DNA of 64,000 bases from contig NMRA01000266.1 of NCBI GenBank assembly GCA_002633005.1, positions 391,925 through 455,924 on the forward strand, read 5' to 3'. This document shows positions 63,541-64,000 of this stretch, one piece after another. The notes beneath the pieces were generated by a model. The model was not told the origin of the DNA, ran no database searches, and saw only the letters and a program-made list of their open reading frames with translations. Positions within the stretch are counted from its first letter, which is position 1, and the number at the start of each line of letters is the position of its first letter. This DNA is from Phoronis australis. Lineage: Eukaryota; Animalia; Phoronida. Made by a program: the position numbers and the translations under genes.

Positions 63541-64000
63541 TCTCTGACCACCGATTTTCTGCCCTGAAGTTTGTGGAGTCTTTGATTACAAGAGTGGCCA
63601 TTAAGCTGCGTTCCACCAAAATAATTAACTTATGATTTAGACCACTTACTGGTATAAAATCATAAGACATGGTAACATTTTATATTTAGAGAGGATGAAA
63701 ATATGTTAGTCATCCGCTTGTTCACCACATTGTTCCCTAAAAACAATAAACAAGAGCAAGCTAAAGGTTATTAATTTGTAAAGGTAATTAGAAATAAATG
63801 AAAATAATTATAGGAGAGATATATGTACAGCTATATGTTCTCACCTTGTTCCTAACTCAGTTGAGAAGTTATTTCTCAGTTTGAAGAATGTGACAGTCCC
63901 TGTTATTGCTAGAGACCAAGTCCGGTGCACAAAATGACCGGCTGTGACAACCCAACATGTAGAATCTGATCTCCAGCGAGAAATTTGAGACCAATTTCAT

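Noticed and set aside
133-63567. Most ORFs in the six-frame track as standalone genes
   Set aside because: They are short, often start at non-ATG codons, show no recognisable domains, and lie in introns or repeats. Only those overlapping RalGPS exons contain real coding sequence.

Overview
Eukaryotic (animal, invertebrate-like, AT-rich) genomic DNA with one 284-nt assembly gap. The ORF track is mostly noise because genes here are spliced. The main feature is a + strand multi-exon gene for a RalGPS-family Ral guanine-nucleotide exchange factor (RALGPS1/2-like). I reconstructed 14 phase-consistent GT-AG coding exons from 37046 to 62967 (528 codons): N-terminal extension, CDC25/RasGEF domain, linker and the start of the PH domain, which continues past the window end. 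A probable non-coding first exon and promoter lie near 8.0-8.2 kb, and the 5' end of a divergent minus-strand gene may lie at 0.9-2.2 kb (weak). The large introns contain non-autonomous DNA transposons (hAT-, Harbinger-, Tc1/mariner-like and foldback MITEs), CR1/L2-type LINE 3' remnants, tRNA-derived SINE fragments and minisatellites. The most unusual pattern is that at least four splice junctions of the gene are themselves tandemly duplicated, giving arrays of spare donors or acceptors, several in frame. Other leads are a candidate alternative first exon with a GC donor, a 14-3-3-type motif in the N-terminal extension, apparent loss of the PxxP motif, a hAT-like element with a 5-bp TSD and recurring CTCF-like sites. 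No database search or computation was run; family assignments rest on reading the sequence and on recalled motifs.
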